A DNA stretch of 64,000 nucleotides from Vulcanimicrobiota bacterium (GTDB taxonomy: Bacteria; Vulcanimicrobiota; Vulcanimicrobiia; Vulcanimicrobiales; Vulcanimicrobiaceae). Under the pieces are notes generated by a model, which was not told where the DNA came from, ran no database searches, and saw only the letters and a program-made list of their open reading frames with translations. The stretch spans positions 672,001 through 736,000 of the forward strand of contig CAVTCS010000003.1 of NCBI GenBank assembly GCA_963733295.1. Direction: 5' to 3'. Positions 1 through 10,537 of the stretch are shown here, one piece after another. The translations under genes and the position numbers were made by a program. The number at the start of each line of letters is the position of its first letter. Positions within the stretch are counted from its first letter, which is position 1.

Positions 1-33
1 GCGAAGAAGCAACTTGACGGGATGAGCGTCTAA
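1..33 (+). CDS. 3' end of a gene, probably the phosphate-binding protein PstS (partial)
   Basis: Frame reads AKKQLDGMSV-stop directly upstream of pstC; identity inferred only from operon position. Confidence 0.45.
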   Translation, partial: AKKQLDGMSV

Positions 34-53
34 GCTCAACGGAACCTGGCCAC

Positions 54-80
54 CGAGGGGCGCGTTGCACGCGCCCCTCG
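54..80 (+). promoter_or_regulatory. Intercistronic stem-loop before pstC
   Basis: Perfect 12-bp inverted repeat CGAGGGGCGCGT/ACGCGCCCCTCG with 3-nt loop and no U-tract; typical of mRNA-stabilising hairpins after ABC binding-protein genes. Confidence 0.6.
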
Positions 81-84
81 CCCC

Positions 85-1086
85 GTGATCTCAACGGAAG
101 TTTTGGCGACTTTGCAAGACGTAGCGCCCCCGCGGCCGGGGCCGAAGGGCAGCCTGACCGTCTCAGACAGCATGCGCAGCTCGCGTCATGCCGACCGGCT
201 CTTCATGTGGGCCGTGTATGGTTCGAGCGCGCTGTTCGTGCTCGTCGTCGTAGGCCTTTTCGTGGAGCTCGTCTCGGGCTCGTGGCTTGCTTTGCGGACT
301 TTCGGCTTGAGCTTCCTTTGGACGAGCCAGTGGAATCCCGTGACCAATCAGTTTGGCGCTTTGCCGCTGATCTACGGCACGGTCGTCAGCTCCGGGATAG
401 GCATCCTCCTCGCGGGCGGGATAGGGATTTTCGCCGCCGCGTACCTTTCGGATTTTGCGCCGAAGCTCGTTGCGCAGCCGCTCGTGTTCATGATCGAGAT
501 GCTCGCCGCCGTCCCTAGCGTCGTTTTCGGCCTTTGGGGCCTTTTTGTGCTCGCGCCGATCCTGAGAAATTATGTCGACCCCTTCTTGCAAGCAAAGTTC
601 GGGTTCTTGCCGATCTTTTCGGGGCCGATTTACGGCACGTCGTTATTTACCGCCGGTGTCATTTTGGCGATCATGATCGTCCCCACAGTGACGGCGATCT
701 CGCGCGAGGTGATCAAGGCCATCCCGAACGACCTGCGCGAGGGTTCCGCTTCGCTTGGAGCGACGCGTTGGGAAACGATGTGGAAGGTCGTGCTTCCCGC
801 AGCTCGCGTCGGCATCTTCGGCTCGCTGATCCTCGCGCTCGGACGAGCGCTCGGCGAGACCATCGCGGTCACTATGGTCGTCGGAAACAAGCCGGCCATC
901 GCTGCTTCGCTGTTCTCTCCCGGGTACACGCTTCCGAGCGTCATCGCAAACGAATTCACCGAAGCCACGACCGACGTTTATCTCAGCGCGCTCATCGAGC
1001 TCGGGCTCGTCCTTTTCATCGTCAGCATGATCGTAAACGGCGTCGCGAGATTTCTCACGCTAACTGTTATGCGGGGAAGCCGCTGA
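85..1086 (+). CDS. pstC: Phosphate ABC transporter permease PstC
   Basis: [29 protein letters not shown]-like loop, [12 protein letters not shown]. Confidence 0.95.
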   Translation: MISTEVLATLQDVAPPRPGPKGSLTVSDSMRSSRHADRLFMWAVYGSSALFVLVVVGLFVELVSGSWLALRTFGLSFLWTSQWNPVTNQFGALPLIYGTVVSSGIGILLAGGIGIFAAAYLSDFAPKLVAQPLVFMIEMLAAVPSVVFGLWGLFVLAPILRNYVDPFLQAKFGFLPIFSGPIYGTSLFTAGVILAIMIVPTVTAISREVIKAIPNDLREGSASLGATRWETMWKVVLPAARVGIFGSLILALGRALGETIAVTMVVGNKPAIAASLFSPGYTLPSVIANEFTEATTDVYLSALIELGLVLFIVSMIVNGVARFLTLTVMRGSR

Positions 1087-1974
1087 GTGGCGAGCGCAGT
1101 CGTGGAGGGTCTTTCGGGCGCGCCCGGGGCCGATCGCAATTTGCGATTGCGGCACGCCTCGAGCGCCGTCGGCGTCGGTTTTGCCGCGCTTTGCTCCGGC
1201 GTCGCCGCTTCGACGCTCTTAATCATCTTCGGCTACGTCATCGTCCAGGGCATCACCGCCATCAATCCCGCTTTCTTTTTAGCGCTGCCGCGGCCGGTCG
1301 GAATGACGGGGGGCGGCGTTGCGAACGGGATCGTCGGCAGCTTCATCATGGTCGGAATTGCCGCCGTCATCGCGGCGCCCGTTGGAATCCTCGTCGGGAT
1401 ATTTCTCTCGCTCTTCAGCAAGGGCGCGGTCGCCGAAGGCGTGCGTTTCCTCGCAGACGTGCTATCGGGAGTTCCGAGCATCGCGATCGGCCTTTTTGCC
1501 TACACGCTTTTCGTTGCGCCGTTCAAGCACTTCTCGGCGCTCTCGGCGTCGGTCGCGTTCGCGATCCTCATGCTGCCGATCATCATCCGAACGTCCGAAG
1601 AAGCGATCCGGAGCGTCCCGCCGACTATCCGCGAGGGCGCCCTCGCACTCGGAATGTCGGCCTACTCCGCGACGGTGCGCATCGTCGTGCCCGCCGCCCG
1701 TTCGGCGATCATCACGGGTTTGCTGCTCGGTATCGCACGGGTGACCGGCGAGACCGCGCCGCTGCTATTCACCGCGTTTGGAAGCCAGTTCTGGGAGCTC
1801 AACCCGACAAATCCAATGGCGGAACTCTCACTGCAGGTCTTCACCTACGCCATCTCTCCCTACGACGACTGGCATCGCCAGGCGTGGGCCGGCGCGCTCA
1901 TCTTGATCGTGGTCGTTTTCCTGTTGAATCTGTTCGCGCGCATCGCCCTGCGTTCACGGGTGGCGGCAAGATGA
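1087..1974 (+). CDS. pstA: Phosphate ABC transporter permease PstA
   Basis: [41 protein letters not shown]. Confidence 0.95.
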   Translation: MASAVVEGLSGAPGADRNLRLRHASSAVGVGFAALCSGVAASTLLIIFGYVIVQGITAINPAFFLALPRPVGMTGGGVANGIVGSFIMVGIAAVIAAPVGILVGIFLSLFSKGAVAEGVRFLADVLSGVPSIAIGLFAYTLFVAPFKHFSALSASVAFAILMLPIIIRTSEEAIRSVPPTIREGALALGMSAYSATVRIVVPAARSAIITGLLLGIARVTGETAPLLFTAFGSQFWELNPTNPMAELSLQVFTYAISPYDDWHRQAWAGALILIVVVFLLNLFARIALRSRVAAR

Positions 1975-2795
1975 CGGTTTGGACTCAACCCGAGCGAGCG
2001 AGCGAGCAAATCGCCGACGCGCCTGCTCTGGCGACGGAAAACCTTTCCGTTTACTACGGGAAGCGGATCGCTGTCGAAGGTGTGAGCATTGCTTTTCCGC
2101 GCAAGGGCGTGACTTCGCTAATCGGCCCCTCAGGTTGCGGAAAGACGACAATCTTGCGCAGCCTCAACCGAATTCACGAAACCGCGAGTCAAGGCGGAAC
2201 GGTTACGGGGAAAGTCTTGCTCGACGGCGAGGACATCTACGGGCCTGACGTCAATCCCGTCGCGGTCCGGCGACGAATAGGGATGGTATTCCAACGGGCT
2301 AACCCTTTCCCGACGATGTCGATAGCCGACGACACCGTCTCCGGCCTGCGCTTCGCGATGGGCATCCGCTCGAAGAACGTACTGCGCGAGGCGGCCGAAC
2401 GCGCGTTACGCCTCGCATTTCTCTGGGACGAGGTTAAGGATAAGCTAGGCAATCCCGGGGTCTCGCTCTCGGGCGGACAACAGCAGCGCTTGTGTATCGC
2501 GCGAGCGCTGGCTACGGATCCCGAGATTCTCCTCATGGACGAGTCGACGTCGGCTCTCGACCCGATCGCAACGGCTCAAATCGAGGAGTTGATGGCGTCG
2601 CTGGCACGGGACTATACGATTATTGCCGTCACGCACAATATGCAGCAGGCGGCTCGCGTCTCCGAATACACGGCCTTCATGTTGGCCGGCGAAGAACGGA
2701 TTGGACGTCTCGTCGAATTCGGAGAGACCAAGCAAATGTTTACGCGACCGAAAGAGAAGCGGACGGAAGATTACATTACGGGAAGGTTCGGGTAA
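1971..2795 (+). CDS. pstB: Phosphate ABC transporter ATPase PstB (copy 1)
   Basis: ATG overlaps pstA stop (ATGA); Walker [19 protein letters not shown]-terminal [10 protein letters not shown]. Confidence 0.93.
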   Translation: MTVWTQPERASEQIADAPALATENLSVYYGKRIAVEGVSIAFPRKGVTSLIGPSGCGKTTILRSLNRIHETASQGGTVTGKVLLDGEDIYGPDVNPVAVRRRIGMVFQRANPFPTMSIADDTVSGLRFAMGIRSKNVLREAAERALRLAFLWDEVKDKLGNPGVSLSGGQQQRLCIARALATDPEILLMDESTSALDPIATAQIEELMASLARDYTIIAVTHNMQQAARVSEYTAFMLAGEERIGRLVEFGETKQMFTRPKEKRTEDYITGRFG

Positions 2796-2799
2796 TTCG

Positions 2800-3579
2800 G
2801 TGTTGGCGGAAGCGCGTATCTTGCCGGCGCAGAAGATGTCCGTCGAAGACCTCAATGTGTACTACGGCGACTTTCACGCGCTCCGCGACGCATCGTTGCA
2901 GATTCAAGCGAACCATATCACGGCGTTGATCGGTCCGTCGGGTTGTGGCAAGTCAACCTTTCTCCGCGCGCTCAACCGCATGCACGATCTCACCCCCAGC
3001 GCCCGGGTGATCGGTTCGGTCACGCTGGATGGCGTGGACATCTACGGGCGTCAGGTCGACGCCGACTCGATACGCCACCGTATTGGAATGGTCTTCCAGC
3101 GGCCTAACCCGTTCCCGCAGTCGATCTTCGACAACGTCGTGTATGGTTGCCGCTTGCAGGGCGAGCGAAATCGGAAGCAGCTGATGGAGATCTGCGAACT
3201 CAGCTTGCGTCAGGCGGCGCTCTGGGACGAAGTCAAGGATCGCCTCGACCGCTCCGCGCTCGGTTTGTCAGGTGGACAGCAGCAACGCCTGTGCATCGCT
3301 CGCGTGATTGCCGTCAAGCCGCAAGTAATTCTCATGGACGAGCCTGCCGCGGCCCTCGATCCGATCGCGACGTCAAAGATCGAAGACTTGCTGGAAGTGT
3401 TGAAGCGCGACTATACGGTCGTCATCGTGACGCACTCGATGCAGCAAGCCGCACGCGTCTCCGACATCACGGCTTTTTTCTTGCTCGGCGAGTTGATCGA
3501 AGTCGGCGCGACGGCCGACATCTTTACCAAGCCGAAAGACAAGCGCACCGAGGATTACATCACCGGACGCTTCGGATAA
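2800..3579 (+). CDS. pstB: Phosphate ABC transporter ATPase PstB (copy 2)
   Basis: [31 protein letters not shown]; start GTG 2800 or ATG 2836. Confidence 0.93.
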   Translation: MLAEARILPAQKMSVEDLNVYYGDFHALRDASLQIQANHITALIGPSGCGKSTFLRALNRMHDLTPSARVIGSVTLDGVDIYGRQVDADSIRHRIGMVFQRPNPFPQSIFDNVVYGCRLQGERNRKQLMEICELSLRQAALWDEVKDRLDRSALGLSGGQQQRLCIARVIAVKPQVILMDEPAAALDPIATSKIEDLLEVLKRDYTVVIVTHSMQQAARVSDITAFFLLGELIEVGATADIFTKPKDKRTEDYITGRFG

Positions 3580-3753
3580 GGCGATCGGCTCGGTGTAGCT
3601 CTCTATCGCGACAGATGAGGCTCTCATGTAAAGATCCGCACGGCTGAGGAAGCCTTCCCCTGAAGCCTCGAAGAGTTGCGAGGGGACCCGACGAAGTCCG
3701 CGCGGATGCTCGCGCAAACCGGCACGGTTCCGTCTGGGAAGCTCCCCGCGCAC

Positions 3754-4792
3754 ATGAGCGCCCTGCGCAAGCTCAGCGCCGCTCCAGGCCTTACGTTGCA
3801 AGATACCGCCGTGCCGGAGACGGGACCGACCGACGTCCTCATTCGCGTGCGCAAGGCCGGGATCTGCGGAACCGACGGTCATATCTTCAGATGGGACGCT
3901 TGGGCTCAACGCCGCGTTCATCCGCCCATGACGGTCGGTCACGAATTCATGGGCTCGGTCGCGGCCGTCGGCGAAGCGGTTCGAGGAATCGTTCCCGGCG
4001 ATCGCGTCTCTGCCGAAGGGCACATCTCGTGCGGGGCGTGCCTTCTCTGCCGCACCGGCGAAGCGCACATCTGCGAGCACGTGCAGATCATCGGCGTCGA
4101 TTGCGACGGCGCGTTTGCCGACTACATCCGCATGCCGGCGGTCAACGTCTGGCCGCTCGATCCCGGAATTCCGGACGACGTCGGTGCGATCTTCGACCCG
4201 CTCGGCAATGCGGTGCACACGGTGATGGCGGCGGGCGTCAGCGCCAAGAGCGTCGTGATCACCGGCGTTGGATCGATCGGCTTGATGGCGATCCCGGTCG
4301 CACGCGCCGCCGGGGCGGCCCTGGTGTTCGCGGTCGACGTGAACCGCGAGAAGCTCGCGCTTGCCGAACGGGTCGGAGCCGACGCGGTTTTCGAGGCGAG
4401 CGATCCGAACCTCGTACGACGAGATCTTGCGCCGCACCGGGGGCGATGGAGCCGACGTGCTCCTCGAAATGTCGGGCAGCGCTTCGGCGATCGATTCCGG
4501 ACTGCATCTCCTGCGCAACGGCGGGAGGGCCGCGCTCCTCGGAATCCCGCCCGACGACGTCAAGATCAATCTCGCCGAACGGATCATCTTCAAGGGCTTA
4601 ACCGTGCTTGGCATCAATGGGCGCAAGATGTTCGAGACGTGGTATCAAACGCAGGCTCTCGTCAAGAGCGGACGCGTCGACCTGCGGCCGATCATCACGC
4701 AACGGCTGCCGCTCGAGAGCTATGCCGAGGGCTTCGAGTTGATGCGCTCGGGCAAAGCAGCGAAGATCGTCTTCGACGTGGAGGGCGCGTGA
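3754..4792 (+). CDS. tdh: L-threonine 3-dehydrogenase (one frameshift near 4415, probably sequencing error)
   Basis: AGICGTDGH, GHEF, zinc cluster CGACLLC..C, DPLGNAVHT, GINGRKMFETWY in second frame; adjacent to kbl. Confidence 0.9.
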
Positions 4793-4793
4793 A

Positions 4794-6005
4794 GTGAACC
4801 GGAATTTCGAAAACGCTCTGCAAGAGGAACTCGACGCGCTTGAAGTCCGCGGGGACGTACAAGCGCTTGCGGCACCTGACGACGCCGATGGCGGCCGAGA
4901 CGCCACATGGAAGAAGCCGGCGACGTCATCGTGCTCTCGAGCAACAACTATCTCGGTTTGGCGGACGATCCCGAGGTCGTCGCGGCCGGCATTGCGGGGC
5001 TGAAGAAGTACGGCGCGGGGACCGCTTCGGTGCGCTTCATCTGCGGAACGTTCGACATCCACCGGACGCTCGAAGCGAAGATCGCCTCCTTCCTCGGCAC
5101 CGAGTCGGCGCTGACCTACGTCTCGTGCTGGACGGCCAACGAAGGCCTGCTGCCGACGGTCGGGACGGCCGGCAACACGCTGATCTCAGATGAATTGAAC
5201 CACGCCTCGATCATCGACGGCTGCCGGCTCGCGGCCGCCAAGCGCGTTCGCTACAAGCACGGTGACATGGCCGATCTCGAGGCTCGCTTGACGCGAGGCG
5301 CAAGGCACCGCGTTCATCGTGACCGACGGCGTTTTCTCGATGGAAGGCTAGCCTCGCGAAGCTGCCCGAGATCGTCGCGCTGGCCAAGAAGTACGGCGCC
5401 GTCACCATCGTCGACGACAGCCACGGCACCGGCGTCATGGGCGAGACCGGGCGTGGGACCATCGAACACTTCGGGCTGACGGGAAAAATCGACATCGTCA
5501 CCGGCACGCTTGGCAAGGCCCTCGGCGGGGCCGCCGGCGGCTTCGTCGCCGGCAGCCGAGCGTTGATCGACACGCTCATTCAACGCTCGCGCACGCAGCT
5601 GTTCTCCAACGCCCTGCCGGCGACGGTCGCGGCCAGCGCGCTGCGTTCGATCGAGTTGTTGGAGACGCGTCCGGAGCAGGTCGCGAAGCTGCGCGAGAAC
5701 ACCGCGTTATTTCCGCGCCGGGCTCGAGCGTCTCGGCTTCAGACCGCTTGAAGGTCCGAGTGCGATCGTTCCGATCATCGTCGGCGATACGGCGTTCGCG
5801 ATTGCGATGAGCGAGCAGCTGTTGCGCGAGGGCGATTTTCGTAACGGGGTTCGGCTTTCCGGTCGTGCCGGAGGGTACGGCGCGCGTCCGCGTGCAGATG
5901 AGCGCGGCGCTCGAGCGCGAGCAACTCGAGCGGGCTCTCGCGGCGTTCGAGCGGGTGGGACGGGAGCTGGGCGTCCTCGAGGGGCAGGAAGTCGCGCCAA
6001 AGTAA
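4794..6005 (+). CDS. kbl: Glycine C-acetyltransferase (2-amino-3-ketobutyrate CoA ligase), several frameshifts
   Basis: SSNNYLGLA, ASVRFICGT, SDELNHASIIDG, DDSHG, TGTLGKALGG (PLP lysine), spread over several frames; stop TAA 6003-6005. Confidence 0.88.
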
Positions 6006-6101
6006 GCGCGACTGCCCCGTCCGATCGGATCATCCATTCGGCTATTCCACCCGGCGTCGAGCCTTCACGTTCTCTTCTTTTGGGCAGGAAGTTGCGCCAA
6101 A
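5982..6101 (+). repeat. 20-bp direct repeat, copies exactly 100 bp apart
   Basis: GGGCAGGAAGTCGCGCCAAA (5982-6001) vs GGGCAGGAAGTTGCGCCAAA (6082-6101), one mismatch. Confidence 0.8.
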
Positions 6102-6174
6102 CGGTTAAATTCGGGAACACTTCTTGCCACTAAACATAAGGCGGCGCCGGACGCCGCGCGGAGTGAATTCCAGC

Positions 6175-6675
6175 ATGTTGAGACCTTTCGTTGGAACGCT
6201 GGCTTTGGCAGCGGGCCTAACCGGCGTTCTCGGAGGTATCGCGTTCGCGCAGACTCCGGCGCAATTCACGCTTGGATTCCCTTGGCAGCGCAATAGCACC
6301 GACGCGGCGCCGGCTTCGGATTCGACGCGCAAGCAAACTCAGTGGCACATCAGCGGCGGCGGCTCAGACTCGTTCACGATGGTCGATGACAGCGCCGCAT
6401 CGTACGCCGATTCGCTCGCGGCCATCCTGAAGAACTTTTCCGACAATCACGTGAAGCCCGCGATCAACAAAGACTTCACCTGTGCGGGAAAGGCCGGCCA
6501 TGTGGTCGAGTTCGCGGCGGGGCCCGATGGCCATCAGTTGATCATCAACCGACTCCTCTTGCCGGAGACGCCCACCTCCGGCCTTTTGACCTTCACCTAC
6601 GTGCGCATGGATAAGGACTGGGATCCGGCGGTCATCAAAGCGATGACCGCTTACTGCGGGGTTTCTCCAGTCTAG
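6175..6675 (+). CDS. Secreted hypothetical protein
   Basis: Signal peptide MLRPFVGTLALAAG...AFA-Q; two Cys; start uncertain (6163 or 6175). Confidence 0.7.
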   Translation: MLRPFVGTLALAAGLTGVLGGIAFAQTPAQFTLGFPWQRNSTDAAPASDSTRKQTQWHISGGGSDSFTMVDDSAASYADSLAAILKNFSDNHVKPAINKDFTCAGKAGHVVEFAAGPDGHQLIINRLLLPETPTSGLLTFTYVRMDKDWDPAVIKAMTAYCGVSPV

Positions 6676-6695
6676 CGCGCTAGATCGTCGCACCG

Positions 6696-6736
6696 AAAAG
6701 AAAATGGCCGGGTCCGTAGACCCGGCCATTCTTTTT
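6696..6736. terminator. Bidirectional intrinsic terminator
   Basis: 12-bp stem AATGGCCGGGTC/GACCCGGCCATT, C(UACG)G tetraloop on minus strand, A- and T-tracts on either side, between convergent genes. Confidence 0.85.
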
Positions 6737-6752
6737 GTGGGGGTTTTCCTGG

Positions 6753-8378
6753 TTAGTGTTGCGAGATGACCTTGACGACCGGCATGACGGGCCGCGCCGG
6801 ACGGGCGTACTGATGAACCGTCTCATGCCCATACTTCGCCTCTTGAAGCTTGGATCTCGCCACCATCGACGCAAACTGCGTCGAACGCGCCGCGAGAGGC
6901 TGCGCGAGGCGGTGTTGCGTGATCGCGAAGTGGGGCTTCGTCCCGGCCGCGGCCAAGCGCGTTGCGCTGTCACCAAACGGGTGCGCGACGATGCGATACT
7001 GGAACGCGAGCGTGTTGTGGCCGCCCATAAGCTCGCGAACCACGAACCCGCGCGGCGTCTTGCTCGCGACGTAGAGACCGTGGCAGTCACCCTCAGGCGT
7101 GACGAAAACGAGGTACGAACGGTTGGCGTCGATCGTGGATGCAAACGTCCGCTCGAGAGTGACGGCGGCCTGGCCGTTCACGAGTTGAGCCTCGCCGAAA
7201 TCTTCCATCGTCGGCAAGCTCTGACTCGCACCGTATGTCTTGACTTTCGCGCCGCTCGTCGTCGTCCGGACCGTCGGATTGTCCTCGCACTGGGTGCCCG
7301 CGGTCGACGGGAATTCAGCGAAGGAGCAATCCGAGTAGATCTCGCCGGTCACGTAGAGATCGCCGCTGACGTTCGCGTCAGATCCGTTACCAAACCCAAG
7401 ACCGCTGAAGTCAGCGGTGTCGCTGACAATAAACGACTCGTTGTTGGCGCCGGGACCGACATTTGAGCCGACGTCGTTGTAGGTCGAGAACGCGTACATG
7501 CCTCCGGTAAATTCTTCAGCCGCAAGGACCGGCGTGGCCGCGCCTCCGCCCTCTCCGGCAACTTCTGCTCCAACGCCGCTGTTGGTTGCGAGAATGGCGC
7601 TAGCGCCCGTAACATCGTTTGTCCCGACAAGACTCCATACGCCACTCGAGCCGGCTGTGAACCAACCCGCCGCAAATCCGGAATCGGTTGAAGAGAAGAT
7701 CCCAAAATCGCCGCCGTTATGCTGGTAGGCATCGATCGAGTCGCTCCCGCTGAGGCCTGTCGCGTAGACGCCCTGTCCGGAAGACCCCGCGGCCGCATTG
7801 GAAGCGCCGTAGAGTCCGCCGCCGACGCCCGAAACACCATAGGTTCCGTAGTTGCAGCATGCCGCGGAAAAGTCTTTACCGCCGACGCCGCCAAAACCCG
7901 TGCCCGTCGTTTCGGTCGTGCCGTATACGCCGCTTTCGGCAGTGTTATCGCCCCAAACACCGGCGAAACCGGTGCTCACGCCATAGACGGAAGCCGAAGC
8001 TCCGTTGATGTTCACTCCGAAGACACCCGGGCCGGTGTCCGAGTGCCCGAAGATTCCATACGCGGAAGTTCCCGTTGACGCCGACCAGCCGACGGTGCCC
8101 ACCGACTGGGGAGTCTGAACGTAGCCCACGACCCCGTCGATGTTGATTGCGCTCGACGCCACCGTGCCGTATCCGAACACGCCGGTGTCATTTTGAAAGC
8201 CGGTGATCCCCTTGATCGCGTAGCCGGGGGATCCGCTGGGACCGCTATCGGTGACCTTCAGCGGTCCTGGAATCGATTGCGCCGCGACGGGTCCAACGAG
8301 CCCGAGAACGAGTGCGGAGGCACCCACCAGGGCAAGCAAGGAGGACGAGCGCCGAAGCTCATTTGTGATAGAACGCAA
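6753..8378 (-). CDS. Secreted Gly-rich fibre/beta-helix-like protein, paralogue 1
   Basis: AAGGAG RBS then TTG start; signal ending GPVAA-QSIPGP; GxYG/GxFG repeats; C-domain PTMEDFGEA...YLVFVTPEGD..GLYV...FQYRIVAHP. Confidence 0.8.
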   Translation of the reverse strand: MRSITNELRRSSSLLALVGASALVLGLVGPVAAQSIPGPLKVTDSGPSGSPGYAIKGITGFQNDTGVFGYGTVASSAINIDGVVGYVQTPQSVGTVGWSASTGTSAYGIFGHSDTGPGVFGVNINGASASVYGVSTGFAGVWGDNTAESGVYGTTETTGTGFGGVGGKDFSAACCNYGTYGVSGVGGGLYGASNAAAGSSGQGVYATGLSGSDSIDAYQHNGGDFGIFSSTDSGFAAGWFTAGSSGVWSLVGTNDVTGASAILATNSGVGAEVAGEGGGAATPVLAAEEFTGGMYAFSTYNDVGSNVGPGANNESFIVSDTADFSGLGFGNGSDANVSGDLYVTGEIYSDCSFAEFPSTAGTQCEDNPTVRTTTSGAKVKTYGASQSLPTMEDFGEAQLVNGQAAVTLERTFASTIDANRSYLVFVTPEGDCHGLYVASKTPRGFVVRELMGGHNTLAFQYRIVAHPFGDSATRLAAAGTKPHFAITQHRLAQPLAARSTQFASMVARSKLQEAKYGHETVHQYARPARPVMPVVKVISQH

Positions 8379-8502
8379 AGCTGACTCCTTTTCGGAAGAA
8401 GTGAGAACCGCCAAGACAGTTCAAAAACCGTCCGCTGGACACGGACCCGAGCGGCCGCGAGCCGCTGTCGCAGAGTCTACCATAACAGCCAGGCACCTGA
8501 AC

Positions 8503-8571
8503 ATGGATAAAGCCTGGGACCAGGCGGCTATCGACGCGATGACCGGATACTGCGGGGTTTCTCCGTTCTAG
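8503..8571 (+). pseudogene. Duplicated 3' fragment of the 6175-6675 gene
   Basis: MDKAWDQAAIDAMTGYCGVSPF-stop vs MDKDWDPAVIKAMTAYCGVSPV-stop at 6607-6675. Confidence 0.8.
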
Positions 8572-8585
8572 CTCGCCGCACGAAC

Positions 8586-8623
8586 AAGAGAATGGCCGGG
8601 TCCGTAGACCCGGCCATTCTTTT
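8586..8623. terminator. Second copy of the bidirectional terminator
   Basis: AGAATGGCCGGGTC-CGTA-GACCCGGCCATTCT, same core as 6703-6730. Confidence 0.85.
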
Positions 8624-8639
8624 GTGGGAGTTTCCCGCG

Positions 8640-10310
8640 TTAGTGTTGCGAGATAACCTTGACGACCGGGGGCGCCGGTAGCGTCGGTCGCGTCGGGATG
8701 TGAACGGTTTGATGCCCAAACTTCGCTACTTGAGCCTTGGATTTCGCCAACATCGACGCAAACTGCGTTGAACGCGTCGCGAGAGGCTGCGCGAGGCGGT
8801 GTTGCGTGATTGCGAAGTGAGGTTTCGTGCCGGCCGCAGCCAAGCGCGTCGAGGCGTCACCGAATGGATGCCCGACAATGCGATATTGGAATCCGAGAGT
8901 GCTATGGCCGCTCCTGGATTCGCGCACGATGAAACCGTTCGGGGTCTTGCTCGCGACGTAGAGTCCGTTGCTATCGCCTTCGGGTGTAATAAAGACGAGG
9001 TACGAGCGCGCGCGGTCGATGGTCGAAGCAAACGTCCGCTCGAGAGAGACGGCAGCCTGACCGTTCACGAGTTGAGCCTCGCCGAAGTCTTCCATGGTCG
9101 GCAAGCTCTGACTCGCGCCGTACGTGTTGACTTTCGTGCCGCTCGACGTCGTTCTCGGGTGCACCAAGGGGCCGGTGCACTCGCTGGCCGCGGTCGACGG
9201 GAATTCAGAAAGGAGCAATCGGCGTAGACCTGGCCGGTCACGTAGAGATCGCCGCTGACGTTCACGTCAGACCCATTAGGCCACCCAAGTCCGCTGGAGT
9301 TAGCGGTGTCGCTGACAATAAACGACTCGTTGTTGGCGCCGGGACCGCCGCCATTTCCCGAGGTGTCGTTGTAGGTCGAGAAGGAGTACATTCCCGCGGT
9401 GTCTTCTTCAGCCGCAAGGACCGGTGTGCCCCCGCCTCCGCCCTCTCCGCCAAATATTCCGGCAGTGCCGTTGCCGAGTCCCAAGATGGCGGTAGACCCG
9501 GTATTTTGGTTTATCGCGACGAGACCCCAAGCAAGCCCACTCGTGCCAGCGTTCGTGAACCAACCCGACGCGAGTCCACTATCTGTTGAAAGAGAAGATC
9601 CCAAAACTGCCGCCGTTATGCTGGTAGGCGTCGATCGTATCGGCCCCGTTTTGGGCTAGCGCGTAGACGCCCTGTCCGTTAGCTCCGGACGCCGCGTACG
9701 AGGCTCCGTAGAGTCCCCCACCTAATTGCGAATAGCCGAAGGTCCCCCAGTTGCCGTTTACCGATGAATCGTCGGCTCCGCCCACGCCGCCCCAACCACC
9801 TGCCGTAGACGAGGTGGTGAGCCCGAACGTACCTGTGTCGGTAGTGCTTTCGCCGAAAACTCCGGCGTCTGTGCCGGCACCCAACACGCCGATGCCCCCG
9901 TTTGGATTGTTGCCGTAGACGCCCGCCGCGGCTCCATTATTGTTATATCCATAGACTCCGGGGCCGGTCGCCGAATATCCGTAGATACCGTACGCGGACG
10001 TGCCGGTCGACTGCGACCAGCCGACGATGCCGACCGACTGTGGCGTCTGGACGTAGCCCACGACGCCGTCGATATTGATGGCGCTTGAGGCCACGGTGCC
10101 GTATCCAAAGACGCCGGCGTCGTTTTGAAAGCCGGTGATCCCCTTGATCGCGTAACCGGGGGATCCGCTGGGACCGCTATCGGTGACCTTCAGCGGTCCG
10201 GGAATCGATTGCGCAGCGACGGGTCCAACGAGCCCTAGAACGAGTGCGGACGCACCCACCAGGGCTACCAAGGAGGACGAGCGCCGAAGCGCACTTGTGA
10301 TAGAACGCAA
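8640..10310 (-). CDS. Secreted Gly-rich fibre-like protein, paralogue 2 (frameshifts near 9590 and 9210)
   Basis: Colinear with paralogue 1 across ORFs 9579-10406, 9065-9604 and 8640-9218; AAGGAG + TTG start; both indels sit in short T runs. Confidence 0.78.
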
Positions 10311-10537
10311 AGGTGGCTCCTTTTCGGAAGAAGTGAGGACCAGGGACGGTTCAAAAAACCATCCCGCTGGACAGGGACCCGAGCGGCCGCAAGCCGCTGT
10401 TGCCAAAGTCTACCATAACCCCCCAGCACGGGCTAGGCAGCAAAACGTTCATCCGTCACATTGCGGCGGGCGAGGGACCGCTCGGAATTCGAGATAACGT
10501 GAGTGCGTCGACGTCGCCGCATGTCTTTGGCGGCGGT

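Noticed and set aside
534..1970. 753-aa ORF as an N-terminally extended PstB
   Set aside because: The upstream part is an off-frame shadow of pstC/pstA in high-GC DNA; the real start is ATG 1971
3590..3753. Possible riboswitch before tdh (AAGAG...GAGGGGACCCGACGAAG recalls SAM-I)
   Set aside because: Lacks the AUC...GAU P1 core and GCAACC/GUGC elements in the right order; no glycine-riboswitch signature either. A cmscan would settle it.
4400..5850. Programmed ribosomal frameshifting in tdh/kbl
   Set aside because: Too many shifts in both directions and no slippery heptamer with a downstream structure
9200..9600. Phase variation in paralogue 2
   Set aside because: Indels are in runs of only 3-4 T, too short for typical slippage tracts, and match the error pattern seen elsewhere
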